A DNA stretch of 64,000 nt from Candidatus Parcubacteria bacterium (lineage in GTDB: Bacteria; Patescibacteriota; Minisyncoccia; Minisyncoccales; JAGMDC01). The notes under the pieces are model-generated. The model was not told the origin of the DNA. It worked only from the letters and a program-made list of their open reading frames with translations, and did not search any database. The stretch spans positions 1,109 through 65,108 of the forward strand of contig JAGMAD010000003.1 in assembly GCA_023130975.1 (NCBI GenBank), written 5' to 3'. Position 1 is the stretch's first letter; every line of letters begins with the position of its first letter. The position numbers were made by a program, and so were the translations under genes. Shown here one piece after another: positions 1 to 10,300 of the stretch.

Positions 1-3
1 AAA

Positions 4-513
4 ATGAATAAAGCAATGACCTTGATTGAGGTTTTGGTTGTTATCGCTATTATTCTTATTCTTCTTTCAGTAGTATTTATTAATCCCAGACCTCAAGCAG
101 AGCTTGACCGGGCAGCTCGGCAATTAGCCAATGATCTCCGCCGCGCCCAAAACATGGCAATGGCAAGTGAAATAAGAACTATTCCTTGTGATTACATGCC
201 ATGCGGATACGGGATTAATTTTAATGATTCCGATGGTTTTTATACGCTTTTCGGTGATTTCGGAGCTATTGACTGTGCTGTTATCCCACCAGAGGTGACT
301 TGTCCGGGAAATGAACAAATGGACGGAGGCGAAAGCATTAAAACGATTGAATTTCATTTAGGCACTATCACTATAACAGGTGGTAGCGGTAATGCTATTT
401 TTTATACGCCGAGCGGAGAGGTTTCGTCTTCTGCAGATATTGATATTCAGGATTCTACTGGTGCTACAAAAAGAATTAGTGTTTCTTCAGCTGGGAAGAT
501 TGAAATAGAATAA
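4..513 (+). CDS. type IV pilin / pseudopilin-like protein (prepilin-type N-terminal domain)
   Basis: N-terminus MNKAMTLIEVLVVIAIILILLSVVF: short basic leader, TLIE with Glu5, then a ~20 aa hydrophobic helix. First gene of a pilin-like cluster. Confidence 0.75.
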   Translation: MNKAMTLIEVLVVIAIILILLSVVFINPRPQAELDRAARQLANDLRRAQNMAMASEIRTIPCDYMPCGYGINFNDSDGFYTLFGDFGAIDCAVIPPEVTCPGNEQMDGGESIKTIEFHLGTITITGGSGNAIFYTPSGEVSSSADIDIQDSTGATKRISVSSAGKIEIE

Positions 514-590
514 CTAAAAATTTCTAATTTCTAATTATTAATTTCTAATCAATTTCTAATTCTATAATTTCTAATTTCCAATTACTTACA
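514..590. repeat. AT-rich tandem repeat, unit about aatttctaat(t), ~6 copies
   Basis: Read directly: ctaaaaatttctaatttctaattattaatttctaatcaatttctaattctataatttctaatttcc. The inverse copy lies at 943-1012. Confidence 0.8.
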
Positions 591-941
591 ATGAATTACG
601 ACTTAGAGGAAAGAACAGCCAAATTTGGAGAAAACATTATCGCTCTTGCTAAAAAAGTTCCTAAAAATACTATAACTCTACCAATTATTTCTCAGTTAGT
701 AAGAGCAGGTACAAGTCCAGGCGCTAATTATTGTGAAGCAACTGGAGCGAGCTCAAAAAAGGATTTTAAGAATAAAATTTATATATGTAAAAAAGAAATC
801 CAAGAAACCAAATATTGGTTGAGAATGTTAACTAAGGCCCATTCAGAAATTAAAGAAGAAACTAGAAAATTATGGAAAGAGGCACAGGAGTTAACATTAA
901 TATTTAGTAAGATTGTTGCTACGATGGAGAAGAAGAAATAA
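591..941 (+). CDS. four-helix-bundle protein (23S rRNA intervening-sequence protein / Avd-like family)
   Basis: 116 aa. Family-typical pattern FGENIIALAKKVPKN...ISQLVRAGTSPGANYCEA...SKKDFKNKIYICKKEIQETKYWLRML. Confidence 0.8.
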   Translation: MNYDLEERTAKFGENIIALAKKVPKNTITLPIISQLVRAGTSPGANYCEATGASSKKDFKNKIYICKKEIQETKYWLRMLTKAHSEIKEETRKLWKEAQELTLIFSKIVATMEKKK

Positions 942-942
942 C

Positions 943-1012
943 TTGAAAATTGAAAATTAAAGACTTGAAAATTTAATGAAAATTAGAAATTAGAAATTGA
1001 AAATTATATTTT
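943..1012. repeat. AT-rich repeat (gaaaatt / attagaaatt), inverted relative to 514-590
   Basis: cttgaaaattgaaaatt...gaaaattagaaattagaaattgaaaatt; the reverse complement contains aatttctaatttctaatt. Confidence 0.75.
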
Positions 1013-1873
1013 ATGTTCACAACATCTTTAAAGAAAACAATATTAGATAAACTTCGCATTATAGATTGGCGTTTGAAAAAGGGTTTTTCATTGCTTGAGG
1101 TTTTGGTTGCCATTACAGTTATTACTGTTGGATTGGTTGGAATTGTGGGTTTGATTGTTTATAATATTTCTATTAGCAGGGTGAGTTCCAATAAAGTCAT
1201 TGCTGTTAATTTAGCACAGGAGGGAATTGAGGCAGTGAAAAATATTAGAGATAGTAATTGGCTGGCAAAGAAAGATTGGTATGAAGGTATAAAAGGAACA
1301 GTTGCTGGAAAAAACTATATTTTGGAACTTTCTGACCCAAATCAAAATCCTTCTACTGCGGAATGGGAATTTAGTGATGGAGGAGTAGATACGATAGACC
1401 ATCAAAAATATCAAGTTTATTATGATAAAAATGAAAAATTTTATGCTCAAGAACACGGTGCTCGTCCAGGAGATTGGGAGGAAACTCAATCTGATATTCA
1501 CCGTTTGATTAAAATAACTAAAGTAGATATAGACGCTATGAATTATTATTTAGAAGTAAAATCCAATGTTCAATGGATAGACCAGAACGGCAATTCTCAT
1601 ACAATTACCCTTGAAGACCATTTGTATGAATATGAAGTATCTAATCCTCAAAATTTATATCACTGGGAATTAGCTTCTTTGTTCATAGAGTCAAAAGGAG
1701 GTTGTGAAAAAGCATTTTGTGATACTGGTATTCTTTTTGAATGCAGTGTTGTTGCACCGCCAGGAGAAGAACTTGATGGAAAACGAGCTTTTGGTGGTGA
1801 TCCAGGTTGCGTTTATGATTGGAGCATTATAAATGATTATTCGATTTTTTTTAAAGTAAGAGATGAAATTTAA
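1013..1873 (+). CDS. prepilin-type N-terminal cleavage/methylation domain protein (minor pilin-like)
   Basis: KKGFSLLEVLVAITVITVGLVGIV motif after a long leader; Cys-containing C-terminal domain. Confidence 0.7.
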   Translation: MFTTSLKKTILDKLRIIDWRLKKGFSLLEVLVAITVITVGLVGIVGLIVYNISISRVSSNKVIAVNLAQEGIEAVKNIRDSNWLAKKDWYEGIKGTVAGKNYILELSDPNQNPSTAEWEFSDGGVDTIDHQKYQVYYDKNEKFYAQEHGARPGDWEETQSDIHRLIKITKVDIDAMNYYLEVKSNVQWIDQNGNSHTITLEDHLYEYEVSNPQNLYHWELASLFIESKGGCEKAFCDTGILFECSVVAPPGEELDGKRAFGGDPGCVYDWSIINDYSIFFKVRDEI

Positions 1874-1904
1874 AATAAGAAATTATTTTTAAACAGATTT
1901 TTAA

Positions 1905-2915
1905 ATGATAAAAAACAAACATATTACAAAAGAAAAAAGTTTTACTTTAATTGAGCTTCTTGTTTCCATAACTATTTTTGTTTTGGTCTTTCTTGCTGCT
2001 ATGGGTATTTTTGTTTCTTCATTAAAAGGAAAACAGAGGGTTAATGAACTAAAAGAAATAGAAGATAACGGCCGTTATCTCATGGAATCAATGAGTAGAG
2101 AAATCAGAATGGGAACTATTCCTGACAGTCAATCCGGCAATAATGATTCAGATTTAAGTTTTATTGACAGTGATGAAAACACTATAGTTTTTAGTTTAAA
2201 TGCAAATGATCAGTTATTAAAAAACGCTGATGTTATTAGTTCTGATAGAATTAATATTAGTAATCTTAAATTTTATGTCAATGATTTTCTAAATAATTCT
2301 ATTCAACCTGAAGTAACTATTTCAATAACTATTGAGTCGGTTGCAAATTCTTCTGTGAGTATGGATTTTCAAAATACAGTTTCATTAATGAGTAAAGAAT
2401 GTAATGAGTTTTCAATACCAATACCTCCGGGATCAGATTTGAAACGTGTATTTGTTACTTCTTCGGACTATAGCGGAGCGCTGGGAGGTTTAAATGGAGG
2501 AGATAATGAATGTCAAACGCGAGCAAATATGGCTGGCCTGGGCGGAATATGGAAGGCATGGTTGTCTGGTTCTGCCACTGATGCTAAAGATCGGATATCA
2601 GATGGTGTTTATTATGTTAAAGGACCTACTGAATCAAATATTATAGCGATGACAAAAGCAGATCTTATTGATGGAACTATAGAAAATTTAATAAAATATG
2701 ATGAAAACGGAAATTTTGTTATTGGGTATGTTTGGACAGGAACAGATGATGATGGCACAGCACATTCAAAAAATTGCAACGATTGGACATCGGATAATTT
2801 TTTTGTGGATGGACGTTACGGTCATACTATTCAAAAAAACAGGTATTGGACAGATCGGGGAAGTGATAGTTGTCATTGGTGGTACGAAAAACATCTTTAT
2901 TGTTTTGAACAATAA
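1905..2915 (+). CDS. pilin-like protein with C-terminal endostatin-like / DUF1554-type (C-type-lectin-fold) domain
   Basis: KSFTLIELLVSITIFVLVF prepilin motif. The C-terminus VFVTSSDYSGALGGLNGGDNECQTRANMAGLGGIWKAWLSG...VWTGTDDDGTAHSKNCNDWTS...CHWWYEKHLYCFEQ follows the endostatin/DUF1554 Cys pattern. Confidence 0.7.
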   Translation: MIKNKHITKEKSFTLIELLVSITIFVLVFLAAMGIFVSSLKGKQRVNELKEIEDNGRYLMESMSREIRMGTIPDSQSGNNDSDLSFIDSDENTIVFSLNANDQLLKNADVISSDRINISNLKFYVNDFLNNSIQPEVTISITIESVANSSVSMDFQNTVSLMSKECNEFSIPIPPGSDLKRVFVTSSDYSGALGGLNGGDNECQTRANMAGLGGIWKAWLSGSATDAKDRISDGVYYVKGPTESNIIAMTKADLIDGTIENLIKYDENGNFVIGYVWTGTDDDGTAHSKNCNDWTSDNFFVDGRYGHTIQKNRYWTDRGSDSCHWWYEKHLYCFEQ

Positions 2916-2920
2916 TTATA

Positions 2921-4006
2921 ATGAAATTTAATATGTTTAATTTTAATCAAAACGGCCAAATTGCTTTATTGGTTACTCTTGTCATTTTAACTGTTATTTT
3001 ATCTATTGGCGCTGGATTAACTCTTGTTACTATTAGAGAAATGGAAATGGCAAAAAAAATAGAAGAATCAGCCAAAGCTTTATCTGCTGCTGATGCCGGA
3101 ATGGAGTATGCTTTGTATAGAGTAGATCAAGATCTTATCATTGACCGGCTTTGTAGCAATGGTTGGACGTTATTAGACAATAGCAGTGAGTATTGTTTAG
3201 AGATAGTTGGAGGGACAGCTATTAAATCCATTGGCAAATTTGGGACCGTTAGAAGAGCAATTTTGTCTAATGATGAAGCAGTAATTGTTAATCCTGATCA
3301 ATATTGTAATTATTCCCATTCAGGCGACAATGTTTGTGCAGGCGGAGAATGTGGTGTGTTGCTTGGAACATGTACTGGGGTCGGAGGAGTTGGTGACCTA
3401 TTGAGTTTGGGTTTCTTTCCATCAAATATGGTGGGCCAGACCTTTAGAGTTGACACTGATGGTTATCTTTATCAGATATCAGTTTGGTCAAGTAGTTGCA
3501 CTTGTCTTGGTGATTGTTTCGCTGGCAATCCGTGCTGTTATTGGCAAATGGAGCTAAGAGATGTGGAACAAGTTGGGGTTGATGAAAGTATTAGAAATGA
3601 TCATCCCGGGGACAACGTATTAGCTGAGAGTAATATAATAGACACTCCTAGTTGTATACAACTAGGGGGTTTTTGCCAGCAGGTAGATTTTGTTTTTTCT
3701 ACTCCACATTTAGTTAACAAAGGACAGAGGTATAGTTTTGTAGTTAAGTTAACAGATATGTGGGGGAATTCTCAGGGTCCGACATGGGAACATAGGACTA
3801 GATTAAAAACAGCGGCTGATGGTCCTTATTATCCAGGTCGGGCTTGGTATACTGATGGTGGCGACACCTGGCGGGATGATTGTACTGTGATAGTGCATGA
3901 TGATTGTCCAGATTCCGGAAGTGATTTAATGTTTGAAGTTTTTATTGATCCTGATACAAGCAGTGCCGGAGTTTTATTCCGAGATTTTGAGGAAACTAGA
4001 CCATAA
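2921..4006 (+). CDS. pilus-associated protein with PilX-like N-terminal helix and Cys-rich C-terminal domain
   Basis: N-terminus NGQIALLVTLVILTVILSIGAGLTLVTIREMEMAKK resembles a PilX N-terminal domain. Many Cys in the C-terminal 250 aa. Last gene of the pilin cluster. Confidence 0.55.
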   Translation: MKFNMFNFNQNGQIALLVTLVILTVILSIGAGLTLVTIREMEMAKKIEESAKALSAADAGMEYALYRVDQDLIIDRLCSNGWTLLDNSSEYCLEIVGGTAIKSIGKFGTVRRAILSNDEAVIVNPDQYCNYSHSGDNVCAGGECGVLLGTCTGVGGVGDLLSLGFFPSNMVGQTFRVDTDGYLYQISVWSSSCTCLGDCFAGNPCCYWQMELRDVEQVGVDESIRNDHPGDNVLAESNIIDTPSCIQLGGFCQQVDFVFSTPHLVNKGQRYSFVVKLTDMWGNSQGPTWEHRTRLKTAADGPYYPGRAWYTDGGDTWRDDCTVIVHDDCPDSGSDLMFEVFIDPDTSSAGVLFRDFEETRP

Positions 4007-4101
4007 GTAAGAAAAGTAGGAATGTTTCTGACTTTTTAGCAGGCAGAGATTTATTCTCTGTTTTTCTTTTAAAAAGGAGCTATTTAAGATATAATTTAAG
4101 T

Positions 4102-6096
4102 ATGAATAAAGAACAGGTAAGAGAGAGAATTGGAAAATTGAAAAAAGTGATACAAGAAGCAAGATACAGCTATCATGTTTTGGACAAATCAATAATGTCT
4201 GATGCAGCTTTGGATTCTTTAAAGCACGAACTTTATGAATTGGAGCAGAAACGTCCTGACCTTATCACGCCCGATTCTCCTACTCAAAGGATTGGTGGAA
4301 GGCCTTTGGATGAGTTTAAAAAAGTTCATCATCTTGTTCTTCAGTGGTCATTTAATGATATTTTTAATGAGGAAGAAATAAGAAATTTTGATGAAAGAAT
4401 GAAAAGAGAACTTGGTATCAAAGAGATTGATTATACTGTTGAACTGAAAATTGATGGCATACATATTATTTTAACTTATAAAAAAGGAATATTTAAAACC
4501 GGAGCAACCCGAGGTGATGGCAAAATAGGTGAGGATGTCACTCAGAATCTAAAAACCATTGAATCAATTCCACTCCACTTAAGAGAAAATGTTGATATGG
4601 TGGCTGAGGGAGAGGTTTTTATGAGAAAATCAGTTTTTGACAAATTAAACGAAAAAAGAAAAAAATTAAATCAATCCCTGTTTGCTAATCCCAGAAATGC
4701 AGCGGCTGGCGCTATTCGCCAGCTTGATTCAAAAATTGCAGCAGAACGTTGTCTTGATTGTTATATTTATGATTATTCTTGGCCAGAAAAAGATATTCCT
4801 GAAAGCCAGTTTGAAGAATTAAAAAGATTAACAGAAATGGGCTTTAAAGTAAATAAAAAATTTCAACATTGCCAAAATATAGAAAAGGTAATTAAGTTCT
4901 GGAAAGAATGGCAGAAAAAAAAGGATTCAGAAGATTATTGGATTGATGGAATCGTGGTTAAAGTAAATAAGCGGGAACATCAGAATAAACTTGGCTATAC
5001 TGGGAAAGCGCCGCGATGGGCTATTGCTTTTAAATGGCCGGGAGAGCAAGCAACAACAATTTTAGAAAAAGTAGTTTTTCAGGTTGGCAGAACTGGAAAA
5101 ATAACGCCAGTGGCTTGGCTCAAACCAGTTAATATTAAAGGAACAATTGTTTCCAGGGCAACTCTGCATAATGCTGATGAAATTAAGCGGCTGGGAGTAA
5201 AGATAAAAGATACTGTCATTGTTGAGAAAGCTGGTGATGTTATTCCTCATATCATTAAATTTCTTTCAGAACTGAGACCCAAAAATGCTGAAAAAATTGA
5301 AATACCAAAGACCTGTCCTATTTGTGGTTCAAAAGTGATTAAATTAGAAGGTGAAGTTGCTCATTACTGCTCAAACAGAAAATGCGGAGCCAGACAAAGA
5401 AACAAGCTCTCTTGGTTTGTTTCCAAAAAGGCATTTGACATTGAAGGTTTAGGACCAAAAATCATTGACCAGTTAATGGATGAGGGTCTGGTTTCCAGGG
5501 CCTCTGATATTTTTTTATTAAAACAAGGCGACTTAAAGGAGCTGGAAAGATTTGCTGAAAAATCATCTTTTAATTTAATAAGCGCGATTGAAAAGAGCAA
5601 AACAATAACATTGCCGAAATTTATTGTCTCTTTAGGAATTAAATATATTGGAGAAGAAACTGCTGGACTGTTGGCTGAAAAAATAACAGATATTAAAAAA
5701 ATGCCCCAAGAAAATTTAGAGCAAATTAAAGGAATAGGTCCCAAAGCAACAGAGAGTATTAAGCATTGGTTTTCTCAAAAAGAAAATATTGATTTATTAA
5801 AAGAATTGGAAAAAGCAGGAGTCAGGATTGAAAAGGTTTATCCGCCAGCTGGCGGAGCGGAGAAAAGCGAAAAATTAAAAGGAAAGACATTTGTTTTTAC
5901 CGGGGAACTAAAAACAATATCCAGGGAAAAAGCCAAAGAAAAAGTAAAAGCATTAGGGGGAAAAACTCCTAATTCAATAAATAAAAATACTGATTTTTTG
6001 GTTTTAGGTCAAAATCCTGGTTCTAAGTATGAAAAAGCAAAGAATTTAGGAATAAAAATAATTTCTGAAAAAGAATTCTTAGACATTATTAAATGA
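4102..6096 (+). CDS. ligA: NAD-dependent DNA ligase
   Basis: 664 aa. KxDG adenylation motif (ELKIDG), Zn-finger CPICGS...CSNRKC, HhH region and C-terminal BRCT (GKTFVFTG). Confidence 0.97.
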   Translation: MNKEQVRERIGKLKKVIQEARYSYHVLDKSIMSDAALDSLKHELYELEQKRPDLITPDSPTQRIGGRPLDEFKKVHHLVLQWSFNDIFNEEEIRNFDERMKRELGIKEIDYTVELKIDGIHIILTYKKGIFKTGATRGDGKIGEDVTQNLKTIESIPLHLRENVDMVAEGEVFMRKSVFDKLNEKRKKLNQSLFANPRNAAAGAIRQLDSKIAAERCLDCYIYDYSWPEKDIPESQFEELKRLTEMGFKVNKKFQHCQNIEKVIKFWKEWQKKKDSEDYWIDGIVVKVNKREHQNKLGYTGKAPRWAIAFKWPGEQATTILEKVVFQVGRTGKITPVAWLKPVNIKGTIVSRATLHNADEIKRLGVKIKDTVIVEKAGDVIPHIIKFLSELRPKNAEKIEIPKTCPICGSKVIKLEGEVAHYCSNRKCGARQRNKLSWFVSKKAFDIEGLGPKIIDQLMDEGLVSRASDIFLLKQGDLKELERFAEKSSFNLISAIEKSKTITLPKFIVSLGIKYIGEETAGLLAEKITDIKKMPQENLEQIKGIGPKATESIKHWFSQKENIDLLKELEKAGVRIEKVYPPAGGAEKSEKLKGKTFVFTGELKTISREKAKEKVKALGGKTPNSINKNTDFLVLGQNPGSKYEKAKNLGIKIISEKEFLDIIK

Positions 6097-7202
6097 TAAA
6101 AACTTTTATTTGTCATCTTAGAAAGCTAGATTGGATTTTGATTATTTCGGTTATTCTTCTGGTCTTCATCGGACTTTTGTCCCTTTACAGCTCTTCATTA
6201 GGAAGAGACAGTTTTTTAAATTTTCAAAAACAAATTATTTTTTTTGCTGTAGGGTTATTTCTAATGTTCTTTTTTGCTTTTTTTGATTATAGGATTATTA
6301 AGAACAGCCCTTATCTGATTTTAATTTTTTATTCTTTTTGTTGTTTAGCTTTATTGGGCTTATTTTTTTTCGCTCCAGAAATCAGAGGGAGCAGGGGCTG
6401 GTATCGACTGGGAGGAATTTCTCTTGATCCAATAGAATTTACAAAGATTGCTTTAATTGTCTTATTGGCAAAATATTTTTCTATGAGACATATTGAAATG
6501 TATCGCTTGAAGCATATTTTGGTCTCCAGTGTTTATGTTTTAATACCGGCTTCTTTAATTTTCTTTCAGCCAGACATGGGTTCTATCTTCATTCTAATTT
6601 CTTTATGGCTCGGAGTTTTAATTATTTCCGGCATTAAATTAAAACATTTTTTAATTTTGGTTTTCTGCGGCATTTTAATTTCTATTTTGAGCTGGTCTTT
6701 TTTGCTGGAAACTTACCAGCAGGCAAGAATCTTGAGTTTTCTTGAACCGCAATTAGAACCATTAGGCGTGGGCTGGAGCCAAAATCAATCAAGGATTGCT
6801 ATTGGCTCCGGCGGCATTTTTGGTCAGGGCATTGGCAAAGGTTCTCAAACCCAATACGGCTTTTTGCCAGAGCCCCAAACAGATTTTATTTTTGCTTCTA
6901 TAGCTGAAGAAATGGGATTAATAGGGGTGGGAGTTTTATTGATATTGTTTTTAATACTTCTTTCCCGGATTTTTAAAATTGCTTTAATGGGACCAAGTAA
7001 CTTTTCCCGGCTTTTTGCTTCAGGAGTAACCATTGTTTTGGTGTCCCAGATTTTTATTAATATTGGTATGTGTCTAGGACTTTTGCCCATTATCGGTATT
7101 TCTCTGCCCTTGGTTAGTTACGGCGGCAATAACTTGGTTTTAACTCTTTTAGCTTTAGGAATTCTTCAGAATATATATTCTCAAAGAAAAAACGGTAGCT
7201 AA
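6093..7202 (+). CDS. FtsW/RodA/SpoVE (SEDS) family peptidoglycan polymerase
   Basis: 10-TM protein with PDMGS and QTDFIFA(S)IAEE motifs. ATGA overlap with the ligA stop. Confidence 0.9.
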   Translation: MIKTFICHLRKLDWILIISVILLVFIGLLSLYSSSLGRDSFLNFQKQIIFFAVGLFLMFFFAFFDYRIIKNSPYLILIFYSFCCLALLGLFFFAPEIRGSRGWYRLGGISLDPIEFTKIALIVLLAKYFSMRHIEMYRLKHILVSSVYVLIPASLIFFQPDMGSIFILISLWLGVLIISGIKLKHFLILVFCGILISILSWSFLLETYQQARILSFLEPQLEPLGVGWSQNQSRIAIGSGGIFGQGIGKGSQTQYGFLPEPQTDFIFASIAEEMGLIGVGVLLILFLILLSRIFKIALMGPSNFSRLFASGVTIVLVSQIFINIGMCLGLLPIIGISLPLVSYGGNNLVLTLLALGILQNIYSQRKNGS

Positions 7203-7206
7203 AATA

Positions 7207-7233
7207 ATCTATTGAGGTTCAACCTCAATAGAT
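7207..7233. terminator. 27-nt perfect palindrome atctattgaggttcaacctcaatagat (member of the TATTGAGGT-N3-ACCTCAATA family)
   Basis: Read directly just after the SEDS stop codon, followed by aYagatta direct repeats. Confidence 0.6.
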
Positions 7234-7307
7234 TACCTCAATAGATTAATAGATTAGTCAACAGATTAGAGCTTTAAATTTTTAAGATAAAATGATAAAA
7301 TAATAAT

Positions 7308-10300
7308 ATGAAGAACGATTCGGAAAAAGAAAAAACAAAAGAAAAAACAGCTGAAATCGGTTATGTGAAGCCCAGAGAAATTACTGAAGAAATGAAAGAA
7401 TCATATATTGATTATGCTATGTCAGTAATTGTTGCTCGGGCTTTGCCTGATGTGAGGGACGGCTTAAAACCAGTTCACCGCCGAATTTTGTATGCTATGT
7501 TGGAAGATGGCTTGCGTTATGATGCTAAATTTAGAAAGTCAGCAACTGTAGTGGGCTCGGTCCTGGGCCGCTACCATCCGCACGGCGATCAGGCAGTTTA
7601 TGATTCTTTGGTGCGAATGGCACAGGATTTTTCATTGAGATATCCTTTAATTAAAGGCCAAGGCAACTTTGGTTGTTTTACTAAAGATACAAAAGTGAAG
7701 TTGACAGATGGAAGAAGTTTAGATTTTGGAGAACTTATAAAAGAGCAAAAAGAAAACAAAAGACATTGGGGTTTTACTTTTAATCCTGAATCAAAAAAAA
7801 TTGAAATTACTGAAATAAAAAATCCTCGAAAAACTAGGATAAAAGAAAAACTAATAGAGATTACATTAGACAATGAAGAAAAAATAAAATGTACATTAGA
7901 CCATCGGCTTATGACAAGAAAAGGAGATTATAAAGAGGCGAAAGATTTGAAACCAAGAGATTCTTTAATGCCCTTATATTCCGAAATTTATAATGGAGAA
8001 GAAGATAAAAACTTAAAAGGGTATGAGAGAATTTTACAGCCAGAGCAAAACAATTGGGAATTTATTCATCATTTAGCTGATGCATGGAATTTAAAGAATA
8101 AAGTTTATAAAAAGAGCGCTGGCAGAATAAGGCATCACGTAAATTTTAATAAACTAAACAATAACCCAGATAATATTTTAAGGATTCAATGGGAGAATCA
8201 TTGGAAATATCACAAAGAAATCGCCTCTAACCGACATAAAAATGATCCAGAATATGTAAAAAATATCGCGCAAGGGAAAAAAAGGTATTGGGCGCAGAAG
8301 GAGAATAGAGAGTTACGTTCAAAACTTTTATCTGAAAGAAATAAAAAAATGTGGCAAAATCCAAAATATAGAAAAATGTGGATAGATGCTAAAAAAAAGA
8401 TGTGGCAAGATTTTGAATATAAAGAATTTATGCGAGAAGCTTCAAGAAAAAATCTTAAAAATTTATGGAAAAGAAAAGATTTTCAAGAGTTAATGAGTAA
8501 ATTGAAATCAGAAGAAATGAAAAAGAGATGGCAAAACGAGGATTACCGAAATTCTTGGAAAAAAAAGATGCGAGAAATTTCTTTAAAGATTTGGTCTAAT
8601 CCAAAACATAGAGAATATATTTCTAAGTTAGCCAAGAAACAATGGGAAAATGAAGATTATAAGAACTATATGATCTCTAAATATAAAGAGAAATGGGAAA
8701 ATGACCCGAAATTTCGAGCTAAGTCTTTGAACATTATAAGTAAAAATGGAAAATTGAATCAGAAATATAGATTCCTAAAACTCTGTAAACAAATTCTTAA
8801 AAAGAATAAAAAAATCACCCAAGAAGAATATAAAAAGCGAAGTAAAAACTACGGAGGCAGTTGTATTATAAGTTTTGAGAAAGCTATTTCTAAATATTTT
8901 AACAATAAATTAGGTAATGTTTATCAAGAAATACAACAAAGCGGACTAGTCAATCACAAAGTAATAAAAGTAAAAGTTTTAAAGAAAAAAGAAGATGTTT
9001 ATGATTTAACTACTGAACCTTGGCATAACTTTCTTCTTAATGCTGGAGTGTTTGTTCATAACTCGATTGATGGAGACCCTCCATCGGCGATGAGATATTC
9101 AGAAGCGAAACTCTCAAAAATCGGCGAAGAAACATTAAAAGATATTACTAGAGAGACAGTGAATTTTAGGGATAATTATGACGGCACTCGGAAAGAGCCG
9201 ACTGTTTTGCCGTCGCCAATGCCCCAGCTCCTATTAAACGGCTCTTTGGGTATTGCTGTAGGAATGATGACTAATATCCCTCCTCATAATTTAACAGAAG
9301 TAACTAAGGCCGCTATCTATTTAATTGATAATCCTAAAACAACCACTGAAGACCTCTTTAACTTCATCAAGGGTCCGGATTTCCCTACTGGCGGCATCAT
9401 CTATAACAGAAAAGAAATTATCAGCGCTTATTGTCAAGGTAATGGACCAATAGTGATAAGGGGGAAAACAGAGGTTTCTGAAGATAAAAAAGAGAGAAAC
9501 AGGATTTTAATTACAGAAATCCCCTATCAGGTCCAGAAATCATCTTTAGTAGAACAGTTCGCTAAGTTAGTTCAAGAGAAAAAAATTATAGGGGTAAAAG
9601 ATATTAGAGATGAATCAGATAGAGAAGGTATGAGAATTGTTATTGAGCTTCAGCGAGATGCTTTCCCTCAGAAAATTCTCAATCGGCTTTATAAATTTTC
9701 TGACCTTCAAAAGACCTTTCACTTAAATATGCTTGCCTTGGTGGACGGTATCCAGCCTAAGGTTTTATCGCTTTTGGAAGTTTTAAATTACTTTGTTTTA
9801 CACCGTAAAGAAATAGTAACAAGAAGAGCAAAATATGATTTGAAAAAAGCAGAGGAAAGAGCCCATATTTTGGAAGGGCTGCATAAATGCCTGTCAAAAA
9901 TTGATGCAGTTATAAAAACAATTAAATCATCGGCTAACAGGGAAGATGCGCAAAAGAATTTAATGAAGAAGTTTAAATTAACCGAGATTCAAGCCAATGC
10001 GATTTTGGAAACAAAACTCTCTGCTTTAGCTAAATTGGAAAGAAAGAAAATTGAAGAAGAGTTAGAAGAAAAGAAGAAATTAATAAAAGAGTTAAAAACA
10101 ATTTTGAAAAGTCCTCAAAAAGTAAAGGAAGTAATAAAAAAAGAGCTTAGGGAAGTAATAGAGAATTTTGGAGATGAAAGGAAGACCAGAGTAGTTGTTC
10201 AGAAAATTGGTGAGATTGCTGAAGAGGATTTAATTCCCCAGGAAGAAACCATTATTACTTTAACTCAAGGAGGGTACATAAAAAGAGTGAATCCTAATGT

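Noticed and set aside
514-1012. CRISPR array suggested by regularly repeated AT-rich words (also at 13436-13536, 23312-23418, 58545-58630).
   Set aside because: The units are only 7-11 nt and directly tandem, with no unique spacers of 25-40 nt. There are no cas genes.
591-2915. Diversity-generating retroelement (Avd-like four-helix-bundle gene next to a lectin-fold pilin).
   Set aside because: There is no reverse transcriptase in the window. I could not find a template/variable repeat pair with A-specific mismatches for the 3' ends of the pilin genes. The RT could lie upstream of the window, so this is unproven rather than excluded.
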